Assembly (NCBI GenBank): GCA_965203295.1
Contig: CBDBCZ010000017.1
Location: 576,001 to 640,000, forward strand
From: Nitrospirales bacterium
Lineage (GTDB): Bacteria > Nitrospirota > Nitrospiria > Nitrospirales > UBA8639
Reading direction: 5' to 3'
DNA: 64,000 bases
The notes beneath the pieces are model-generated. The model saw only the letters and a program-made list of their open reading frames with translations, was not told the origin of the DNA and ran no database searches. Position 1 is the stretch's first letter; every line of letters begins with the position of its first letter. The position numbers were made by a program, and so were the translations under genes. Shown piece by piece: positions 50,801 to 62,400 of the stretch.

Positions 50801-53800
50801 GAACCTGAGACACATGTAGAATACAATGGTAGACATCACTGTAACAATAATAAAGAATCTGTCATAGGAATTCACAACCAATACCTCTCTAAAAGCTGCA
50901 TATATATTTTCATACGGTGTTTTACTGGATGTAACTGCTCTCCGTTGCTCCTGCAGTATAATATAAAGTATATTCCAACCATTATCGCTATACAGTAACT
51001 GTATATATACCTGAGTAGGCACGTAAATGCTCCAATCAAAGTGTCCCTGCAGTAGTGGAAGAGTTAATTAATTAATTAATAAATTAATACAGGTATAAGA
51101 TTCAAAACACATATTTATTGTTTGTTGAGTTACATTTGCTTCCAACAAGGTTCCTTGTCCTCTTTGTATTCCTGATACACTAGACATTGTGCGATAAATA
51201 TCAATTCTCTCTGGATCTTCATAGATGTCTTCCAGCCTATGATGGTCTGGATCTTCATACACCGTTTCCCCTGTCTCAGTCAGAGACGGATATCTGGGCT
51301 GTGTCAGCATACCTAGGAAAAGTTTATAAGAGTGAAGTATCTCCTGTTAATTTATTACATTTTGTCACAAAGTTTCATCTTAATATGTGTACGGTATAAC
51401 TTGTTTTATGAATGATGCAATTATAGTCAGAGATGGATACTTGGGCTGTGTCAGCATACCTAATTGTAAGAGTGAAGTATCGCCTGTCGATTTAACTCTT
51501 GTCACAAAGTTTTATAACGTGTATAATTTGCTTTATGGTTATGGTTAGAGCAATTATTATAGTTTTTATGATATTATGAGCTCACCAGAATACAAAGGAT
51601 TTTCTATCTCAAGGCTGCATAGTTGTGTGTTTGTCCTTTCCTTGGACTCTACTCTGGAATGCAGCGTAAATGAACCTTTTCTTCTGATGTAGAAAATGAC
51701 CAAAGCAACTATAACAGCCAGAGCTACTACAACCAACACTCCTGCCACAAGTCCACCAATGAATCCATCCTCCGATTGTGGTTGCTCCTGAGACGAAAGC
51801 AATTCTATTGGTTGGAAGAAAATGATAGGGTTTTTCTGAATGTGCCCAATATGGCTAGTCAGTTTACAACAGGGAGAAAGATAACCATTAACACAAACTG
51901 CAATAATTGATTGTGCATGTACACAAGCAATGAACAAGCAATGGAAACAAATTAGAATATAGATGTGATTTAAAATAATGAATAAGTGTAAGCAAAATAC
52001 TGCTCCTTTTTAAATTTGAAAGTAAACAAACTACTGCAACTTACTTACCACATTCTAGCGACTCACCCGGTACCCGACCAGCAACTTACCACATTCTGGG
52101 GCACTACCACTCCACATTCCATCTGCTTGACAAGTTCGCACAGCATCTCCTGAAAGATTGCTTCGATCACTGCAGGAGTATTGTGCCATTGAGCCGAACG
52201 TAGTCATAGTCAGAAACACACTGCCATTTGCAGGATTTGTTAGCCTGCCACAGTCTGCAGCTGTATGTATCGCAATAGAGATGTGCATAATGATAGTCAA
52301 AGAAATTCATCAAGGTGGTTGTCAATGAGTGATCAACACTTAGTTTATGCTTGTGTACATCTTCTGATTCAGTTATTTATCACACATCAGTAAATACGCT
52401 CCTAGATTCAGCTAAAACCTTGAGACTGTACTACAGGTCACGCTAGAGTACTAAAATTCTTACCAATTACTGCTGTTATTACGGGAGCATCACCAGTACG
52501 TAGAGTGGGTAGATCATTACCATTCCCAACACAAAGAGGATTGACTTCCAATTCACTCTGACTTGGATTCGAAAGACTGCGGTACCACACTTCAAGGTTT
52601 GCAAACTGTGCTCCTTCATCCAGTTCCACCCCTCCAGTGCCACCGTCGTGGTCAGTGTAGAACCCCACAACATCTCCAGGCTCCACTATGACTTGCTCAT
52701 TCTCTGGTACATCGATTACAATGCATGAACGAACATTATGAACAGTTGCTGCAACTCCATCATTCACAAAGTTTGAACCAACTAGAGAGTAACAACCACC
52801 AGTGCCGATTGGTCTCCACACTTCAAAATAGATATCATATTGATCATTGTTCGCTCGTGGATTCACACATGCTCCCCACTGTACTACACTGCCTCTACAG
52901 GTGAAGGTGTATTCTGGTATAATGGCTTGGATTGAATTAGGAAGTCTTGGGACCCCATCTCGATCACCAAATAGAGGTGCTCTCAATAGACACTGTGAAT
53001 TGTCTAAAAAAAGGCAATAGACAAAAAAATAATTCTAACACCCAAAATTCAACCCCATTCTCATTATAACCACTAGTTTATACTTAAAAATGAATTTAGT
53101 GAATCTGTAGAAGTTATTACAGTAGCCAGTTAGTAGCAAATGTGGAATAAGCACTTGGTAATGCACTATTGCTCATTAATCCTTACCAACCACAGCTGTT
53201 ATTACAGGAGCACCACTAGTAGAAAGTGTGTTTAGATCTCCAGTGGCTCCAATGCAAAGAGAGCTGTCCTCTAAATCACTCTGAGTTGGATTTGGAAGTG
53301 TACGGTACCACACATCAAGGTCTACATCAGTGTCCACTTCAATACCACCTCTATCCCGATTATGATCAGAGTAAAACCCCATAACATCTCCTGGCTCCAC
53401 CATGATACGCTGATCCTCCGGCACATCATATACTATGCAGCCTCGAGGAACATCTGGATCTCCATCAGCAACAAAGTTGGAACCTACAATGGAGTAGCAC
53501 CCATCAATTCCATTTGACCTCCACACTTGAAAGTAAATGTCATATCTTTCAGAGCCTCCCCGTGGCTGGACACATGCACCCCACTGAACCACTGGACCAC
53601 TGCAAGTGAAGGTGTATGTCGGCAGAATTGCTTGAATTTTGTCTGGTAGTTCACTGTTCGGGTCTCGGTCACCAAACAGAGGTAGGCCTTGAGGGCACTG
53701 GGAATTTGCTGCATGGAAAGTAAACAACTATATTCATTTTTAGTAGGCACCAATTAACATTCACCAGGAAATGAATACTAGGAAGGTGCCCAAATACAAC

Positions 53801-54932
53801 ACAACCAAGACAGATTCATGGCCTGGCCTTTCCATATTTTAATATGATAACAACATTTATATACCTAATATAGTTGGTATAAGGAATAGCACGTGTATTC
53901 TTGCTAACGGTCTTTACGGTATTCACAGTAAAAAGGGAGTTGGACCAGTTGGTTGTTGTTTGAGTTTCTAAAATGAGTGAGCACAGCTGAGAGCCAATCT
54001 CAAGTTGGTGTGTGTATCTTGAGGGAGCTCACGAAGAATGAGGAAACACATTAGCAATGAGCTTAACTCATCGCAAATGCGTTCCCACATTCTTGGTCAC
54101 GTAGTGCCTCAAGAATGTGGAAAATGCAGAAGTCACTCCTCTGCATTGGTAGTATATACATTATAAACCAAGAATGTGAAAATACACTAGTGATGCATTG
54201 CTAATGTATTTTGCACATTCTTAATAACTCCCTAAAGACAAACACACCAACTTGGCTCTAGCTTCGCTGTGTTCACTCATCTGTAACTCAGATAACAACT
54301 GCCATGTTTAATATTTGCATATCATTTAGCTATAAGTTCACAAGCCTACAGTAACAGCTAATTAGTAAGGAACACTCTAGTTTCACACTATTCCGAAGGG
54401 GTTTCACGATTCTCGGGTGCTCAAAAGATTTACTTTTCAAAGAGAAATAAAAGGAGCCGATGTTCGGGTATGGCTGTGATCTCTGCTACAAGCAGAATCT
54501 TCACCGTCAACTAATCTGGATTCACCACGAATCTCAACAGCATATCACAAAAGCCATTACATATTGTTTAAGTGGGGAACTCCTGAGGTCTAGAGCTGCT
54601 TCTACAGGAGGGGGTTGGGTCTGGGGATATACCACTTCCACTTTGAAATCATTCTAGATCTTCTCCCCCAAACAATTTTTTTTTCTAGAACGAAACCCAT
54701 CATCAGCTTGTTTGCAGTATCCTCCATGTGCGAGCTCTACTTCGATGATAGGTTGGTGTGTACTGCTATTATTCATATTATACATCTGAAGGGGGAGGGT
54801 CTTCCCGTGAAATACTACGCACAGCTTGTTACTAAGATACAACTCACCTTTGGCCACCAGTAAAAGTAGCGCAGCTACCAATACAGCGACCAGCAACTCA
54901 AACGCCTTTCTTCCCAGCAATAGGCAGGCCAT
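47867..54932 (-). CDS. Receptor gene 6: RTK with two unassigned modules, 1 sushi domain, TM and Eph-like kinase
   Basis: Signal exon 54932-54848. Module A 53708-53187, module B 53003-52464. Sushi exon 52260-52090. TM exon 51804-51586. Juxtamembrane and kinase exons closely match gene 5. Stop at 47867. Confidence 0.87.
49285..49442. mobile_element. TTAA-flanked MITE in a kinase intron of gene 6
   Basis: ttaa-ctctttgccagccaag ... tttggctggtatagag-ttaa. The empty site is in gene 5 (~40216-40230, catgttaaaagactc). Confidence 0.75.
49945..50125. repeat. AT-rich low-complexity insertion of atcgatttaa-type palindromic units
   Basis: Repeated atc(g/a)atttaa(a)tc motifs, not present in the equivalent intron of gene 5. 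Confidence 0.6.
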
Positions 54933-55894
54933 GACTTCGGGATTACCAGCTACAGAGACAGAAGATCTCCCTCCCGTTCACTTGGCAGTGAATTCATAGC
55001 GGAAGCGTGTTAATAATTTTCCGTCGGGGCGCGCGCAAGAAGGGTCACGTGGTATAGCAGCCGTTTGCATGCACTTAGACAAAGTTTGTAGCCATCCGAT
55101 ATGCATGCATGTAGATCTATTACGTATGTGCCTACATATATAGTGCCATGATAGGCATTATCTGAGATCAGATAATAAATAACAGTGTGACTCGTGGTTC
55201 CTGGTCATATTGATGTTAACCATTCACTTGAATCCTTGCATCGATCCTATAGTTACCCACTAATTATTAGATTAGAGTTACATGGGTACACTGACTGCTT
55301 GGTATCATTTCTAATACTTTTTTAACTAATTGCACATACAAATATAAAGGTGAGCATGCACACCCTGACTATTAACTGCTTAACTACCCTTCATCACTTC
55401 ATTGACTTTCAGTCTCAATCTAAAGTTTGTCATCTTTTGGGTATACATGCACAGGCTAGCTAAGTGTGTATATTCTTGCTAGTTAATTCTTATCCTCACC
55501 TTTCTGGAGCATGAGAGAAAGCAGTGCGACAATCAGAGGAACAACCGCAAACTTCATCCTTCCCCACACAAGACTCAACTGATAGTTTGCGCAAAACTGC
55601 CAAAATACAGTTCAACTAAAGTATATGTTCAGCTATTATAACCACCAAAGTATGTTTTAATAATTATTGGATTCCATTCCTTATTAAGCTATCTAATCAC
55701 TTTTATCCAATATTTGACAAACTATGCTGGGTATGGGTTAAATAGATAGATTTAATTTCAACCAGGAATTGTCCCATCAGCCAAGAGGCTGGTCTTCCTG
55801 GGAGACCTGGATACATATAGTTAGACATACCATGATGAGTATCCATGCATACAGAAAGCACATGCATGCACAGTGCTGTTGCACGTTCATGTTA

Positions 55895-56055
55895 GTAGGT
55901 TCAATGCAAAGTGAGCTGCCCTCTAAATCACTCAATGTTGGATTTAGAGAGCATAGAGAACATCTATCCACATAGTCATAGTCAATAGTTCTGCCAACAT
56001 AGTCCTCGTCAACTGTCAAATAATGGTGGTCCTGTGTGTCTTCATCAACTGTTTG
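55895..56055 (-). pseudogene. Chimeric relic: duplicated end of the Tyr tail (TVDEDYV..IDYDYVD) joined to a module-A fragment (NPT.SDLE.SSLCI)
   Basis: 55960-56055 matches 56495-56590. 55900-55950 matches the module-A sequence caatgcaaagagagctgtcctctaaatcactc. Confidence 0.65.
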
Positions 56056-56485
56056 ATATGATGTACAAAATTGTGAGTCTTTCTTCTATAGTAAGGTGTA
56101 ACTCCAGTGTACGTACTCAGCCCATCTACAACCCAGCTAATCACTAAGTGATCAAAACGAATACACATTTTTTTTGTAGTATACCGGTATAGGCTAAAGA
56201 TCAAACAGGACTATATTTGCCACCATGTACATAGGTTTCAGATCATGCATGAATCAGTCTTGTCTTCAACTTCACATTATAGGTGGGTTGTAAGGAATGA
56301 AATACTATGATGCCTGCATACCTATGGGCTATATATATAGATGTACACAGCCTATGTTAGCAGTACATCATGAAATCAAACAAAACATTTGAAGATGTTT
56401 TTATTGATATAAAGGATATTTTTAATGTACACACAATCATTGATGCAAGCATCAATAATATTATTGTAGGTCCTCATTTACTGCA

Positions 56486-59400
56486 TTAACAAGTAGATCT
56501 GTCCACATAGTCATAGTCAATAGTGCTATCAACGTAGTCTTCATCAACTGTCGAATAATGGTGGTCCTGAGTGTCCTCATCAACTGGCTGCAATGCTGTG
56601 TAGGCTTCATTCATTGAAGTGACTATAGCAACAGCATTATAAGCCACATTACTAGACAGCTGGATAGCTTCAGTGTTGGTCGTATTCCCTTCACTTCTCA
56701 CGATTGTGGCTTCAATGTAATCATCGGCCTGATCAGTGTGCTGTGTCCCAGTTAGGGTAGCCTGGTCACATCTCGGATTAGGCGACTCCAACTCCAATTG
56801 GGATTCCTGGTTGATATTGATTGCAGCCCTTTTTCGTCTTCCTACCATTATGGCTACCAGTGTTACAATGAGTGCTATCACGAGCACAGCTGCTGCTCCG
56901 GGACCACCAATAACTGGACCTAAATTTCTCTGTTGTTTGTCCCCTTCAGAGACCAATGCTGAAGGGAAGTATAGTCCATACAGTGAAACTTAAGACCATA
57001 TCTTACAAACAGAAAATAAAATTGATGATGGTGAGGTATGTAATCAATACACAAATCTCTCCATCTGTCACAACTATTAATATTTTTGTCTGTTATGGAT
57101 GTGAAGCACGATTGCGCGAGATACGTGAGATCGAGACATGACATCATCGAGTGGAGGCTATGAGTCTATTGTGATTTGCTGGATCTTGTAGGCTGCCACA
57201 ATCGATAACTGCATAAGTAATAGCAACACATAACTATACTGAAAGTTTGACAGTAGCGCAAGGACTATACCGCTGTCTAATGCCCACACAGCTAATAGTC
57301 CAATGCCAGCAGAGCATTGTTCCATTATGATCACAATATATATGCATGAAAGATGGTATATCATAGTGTGGATAAATCGTGTTATGTGTCGAAGGTCTAC
57401 AGTATTAATTCACTTTATAGCCAAAGATTGAGACATCTGACAGCAGCAACAGATGATATAGCTGGAATAGTACAGCTAACTAGTGGTAGCTATCCACAGT
57501 AATTACAGTCTTGTTTTTTGCTTGCTGTGGATGTTCGCACAGCAGCTCCCACAAGGAGATAGTTGGAACCACTGCATGAGTAGTTTGCGGTTGAACCAAA
57601 AGTGGTCTCAGTAACTGTTACCACGCCATTCTCTGGAGCTTTTAGGCTGCCACAATCAATAACTGCATACTTAATCGTGTATATGGAAAGAGTGACAGTA
57701 TTTCAGGGGCTTTGCACCCCTTCTACAACTTACCACATTCAGGAACACTGCCACTCCACATTCCATCTGCTTGGCAAGTACGCATGGCATCACCCAATAG
57801 AATGCTTCGATCACTACAGGTGCTCATGCACATCTTTAAAATTCTATCACACTTCAGTTTAAATTATGTTCAAAGATTTAGTTAAAAAATTGAGACTATA
57901 TGGTACAGCTCACACATTTCAGGTACATTTGCAATTACACTCAAAGGTATGACTAATGGCTTTAGCTAAATTACTGCTTAATAAGTAATTATGGTATTAA
58001 ACTTCTTACCAATTACAGCTGTTATTACTGGAGCATCACCAGCTAGTACGTAGAGTGGGTAAATCTTCACCATTTCCAACACAAAGAGGATTGGCTTCCA
58101 AATCACTCTGACTTGGATTTGAAAGACTGCGGTACCACACTTCAAGGTTTGCAAACTGTGCTCCTTCATCCAGTTCCACCCCTCCAGTGCCATCATCGTG
58201 GTCAGTGTAGAACCCCACAACATCCCCAGGCTCCACTACGACCTGATCATTCTCTGGTACATCAATTACAATGCATGAACGAACATTATGAACATTTGCA
58301 GCAATTCCATTATTCACGAAGTTTGAACCAACTAGAGAGTAACAACCATCAGTGTCCGTCGGTCTCCACACTTCAAAATAAATATCATACTGATCATCGT
58401 TCGAACGTGGATTCACACATGCTCCCCACTGTACTACACTGCCTCTACAGGTGAAGGTGTATTCTGGTATAATGGCTTGGATTGAATTAGGAAGTCTTGG
58501 GACCCCATCTCGATCACCAAAGAGAGGTGCTCTCAATAAACACTGTGAATTGTCTAAAGAAATATATTAGACAGAAAATTATTTTTAACACCCAGCAGAT
58601 CATATTCTACCCCATTCTCATTATATAATGGCGTACAAAACTCTGGTAGTGCTAAATTATGTTTTAGCAGTCAAATAGAATTGGCATTGGGTAATGCACT
58701 TATTGTTCATTAATCCTTACCAACCACGGCTGTTATTACAGGAGCACCACTAGTAGAAAGTGTGTTTAGATCTCCAGTGGCTCCAATGCAAAGAGAGCTG
58801 TCCTCTAAATCACTCTGAGTTGGATTTGGAAGTGTACGGTACCACGCATCAAAGTTTACATCAGTGTCCACTTCAATACCACCACTATCCCGATTATGAT
58901 CAGAGTAAAACCCCATAACATCTCCTGGCTCCACCATGATACGCTGATCCTCCGGCACATCATATACTATGCAGCCTCGAGGAACATCTGGATCTCCATC
59001 AGCAACAAAGTTGGAACCTACGATGGAGTAGCACCCATCAACTTCATTCGACCTCCACACTTGAAAGTAAATGTCATATCTTTCAGAGCCTCCCCGTGGC
59101 TGGACACATGCACCCCACTGAACCACTGGACCGCTGCAAGTGAAGGTGTATGTCGGCAGAATTGCTTGAATTTCGTCTGGTAGTTCAGTACTTGGGTCTC
59201 GGTCACCAAACAGAGGTAGGCCTTGAGGGCACTGGGAATTTGCTGCATGAGAAGTAAACAACTTCATTATAATTATACTAACAGTATTTTCCTATAGACC
59301 AGACAGGTAATATTCCCCCGTATTGCCTACCTGTTATTGCCTTTTGCGTGCACATGTAGTCTACAATAAAAATTTACAGTGAAGCTACAGTTTATTGAAG

Positions 59401-62400
59401 CAATGGAAGCTACCCAGCTACAAAAAGCTGGCGAAAGAAATGCTTCTGTCATAGAGGAGCCGTCTAAGTAAGCAAGAAGTGAAGGAGGCTAGGTCATAGT
59501 GTCACTCAGTGACCCCTCCCACTCGTCACATCAGCCAATAAAAGTTAATCTAGCCTAAAGTTGCAAGCCTTTTTCTCTTTTGTTCTTTGTAAGTGGGCTA
59601 GTTTACGCTTTGCTATAATATGTTGCTGCTGTGTATCCAATCGTCCTTTATGTTAGTAGGTGTGGCTTTGTTTGGCAGTGAGTTTGTCAACCAAGCAACA
59701 CTGCTTGGAGATAGTATATAATAAATCTATCATTACACTAGTGAGAGGGTATATAATATGGCTGGACATTGCACTCTTGTGCAGTATTTTCCCTCGCCTT
59801 CGGCTCGGGGAAAATACCTACACACTCGTGCAATACCTGGCCATATTACCCTCTCACTCGTGTAATAATATATATTTATAAACCTACTATAGTTGGTATA
59901 AGGAATAACACGTGTATTCACGCTAACGGTACATGTAGCTGGTTTGATAATTGCAATGAGTAAACCTCTTTACGGTATACACAGTAAAAAGGGAATTCCA
60001 TGGTTAACACTGCTAAAAATAAATGGTTATTTGGCAACGGTTTGGTTATTGGAGTTGCATCTACATGTATGTTGGACTCATTTTGTCCATTAATAGCTAC
60101 AATTAATCACTGTCCTGCCCTTTTGGTAAATCTATATAACTCTTGCTGTAGTTCCCGAAACAGACCATAAACCGCGTGACTATCTGCCTACTAGTGCATT
60201 ATAGCCACTAGGAAAAAATATCTATCACAATTGTACTTTCTGGCTATATAATCTGTGTAGTACAAATGCTGTCACAAGTCATGATTTTTGCTTAATTGTT
60301 GCTATATACAGGCCTTTGACATGTGGCATGATCTCTCCATACTATGATAGCCGTGTAAGGTACTTCAATCAGCAGAGCTTTGTTCTTCTGTCATGACGAT
60401 ATGACAGATGGCAACTCCAGTAACCAAACCATTGTTGAAACAACCTTTTATTTTTAGCAATTGCATGCATGGTTGCTGTTTGAGTTTCTATAATGAGTGA
60501 GCACAGCTGAGAGCCAATCTCAGGTTGGTGTGTGTATCTTGAGGGAGCTCACGAAGAATGAGGAAACACATTAGCAATGAGCTTAACTCATCGCAAATGC
60601 GTTCCCACATTCTTGCTCACGTAGTGCCTCAAGAATGTGGAGAATGCCTTAGTCACTCCTCTGCATTGGTAGTATATACATTATTAACCAAGAATGTGAA
60701 AATACACTAGTGATGCATTGCTAATGTATTTTGCACATTCTTAATAACTCCCTAAAGACAAACACACCAACTTGGCTCTAGCTTCGCTGTGTTCACTCAT
60801 CTGTAACTCAAATAACAACTGCCATGTTTAATATTTGCATATCCTTTAGCTATAAGTTCACATGCCTACAGTAACAGCTAATTAGTAAGGAACACTCTAG
60901 TTTTACACTACTCCGAAGGAGTTTCACGATTCTCGGGTGCTCAAAAGATTTACTTTTCAAAGAGAAATAAAAGGAGCCAATGTTTGGGTATGGCTGTGAT
61001 CTCTGCTCCAAGCAGAATCTTCACCGTCAGCTAATCTGGTTTCACCACAAATCTCAACAGCATATCACAAAAGCCATTACATATTGTTTAAGTGGATCTC
61101 CTGAGGTCTAGAGCTGCTTCTACAGGAGGGGGTTGGGTCTGGGGATATACCACTTCCACTTTGAAATCATTCTAGATCACCTCCCCCAAACAACTTTTTT
61201 TCTAGAACGAAACCCATCATCAGCTTGTATGCAGTATCCTCCATGTGCGAGCTCTACTTCGATGATAGGTTGGTGTGTACTGCTATTATTCATATTATAT
61301 ATCTGAAGGGGGAGGGTCTGCCTGCGAAAAAGTTGCAAGCCTTTTTCTCTTTTGTTCTTTGTAAGTGGGCTAGTTTACGCTTTGCTATATGTTGCTGCTG
61401 TGTATCCAATCGTCCTTTATGTTAGTAGGTGTGGCTTTGTTTGGCAGTGAGTTTGTCAACCAAGCAACACTGCTTGGAGATAGTATATAATAAATCTATC
61501 ATTACACTCGTGAGAGGGTAATATGGCTGGACATTGCACTCTTGTGCAGTATTTTCCCTCGCCTTCGGCTCGGGGGAAATACCTACACACTCGTGCAATA
61601 CCTGGCCATATTACCCTCTCACTCGTGTAATAATATATATTTATAAACCTACTATAGTTGGTAGCTATAAGGAATAACACGTGTATTCACGCTAATATAA
61701 CGATACATGTAGCCGGTTTGATAATTGCAATGAGTAAACCTCTTTACGGTATACACAGTAAAAAGGGAATTCCATGGTTAATTCACTGCTAATATAAAAA
61801 TAAATGGTTATTTGGCAACGGTTTGGTTATTGGAGTTGCATCTACAATGTATGTTGGACTCATTTTGTCCATTAATAGCTACAATTAATCACTGTCCTGC
61901 CCTTTTGGTAAATCTATATAACTCTTACTGTAGTTCCCGAAACAGACCATAAACCGCGTGACTATCTGCCTACTAGTGCATTATAGCCACTAGGAAAAAA
62001 TGTCTATCACAATTGTACTTTCTCGCTATATACAGGCCTTTGACATGTGACAGGATCTCTCCAAACTATGATAGCCGTGTAAGGTACTACAATCAGCAGA
62101 GCTTTGTTCTTTTGTCATGACGATATGACAGATGGCAACTCCAGTAACCAAACCATTGCTGAAACAACCTTTTATTTTTAGCAGTGCGCGCGCGCATGCA
62201 TGCATGCATGCATGGTTGCTGTTTGAGTTTATATAATGAGTGAGCACAGCTGAGAGCCAATTTCAAGTTGGTGTATTATCTTATCTTGAGGGAGTTCATG
62301 AAGAATGAGGAAACACATTAGCAATGAGCAGATTAACTCATCGCAAATGCGTTCCCTCATTCTTGCTCACGTAGTGCCTCAAGAATGTGGAAAACACATT

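Noticed and set aside
54654..54847. Read-through ORF from the signal exon into intron 1 (also 62865-63061), a possible secreted peptide
   Set aside because: The frame is not preserved in genes 3-5, and the similarity is explained by recent duplication. It would need transcript evidence.
10891..54932. Assigning an EPH gene symbol to the kinases
   Set aside because: There is no ephrin-binding, FN3 or SAM domain. Only the kinase is Eph-like.
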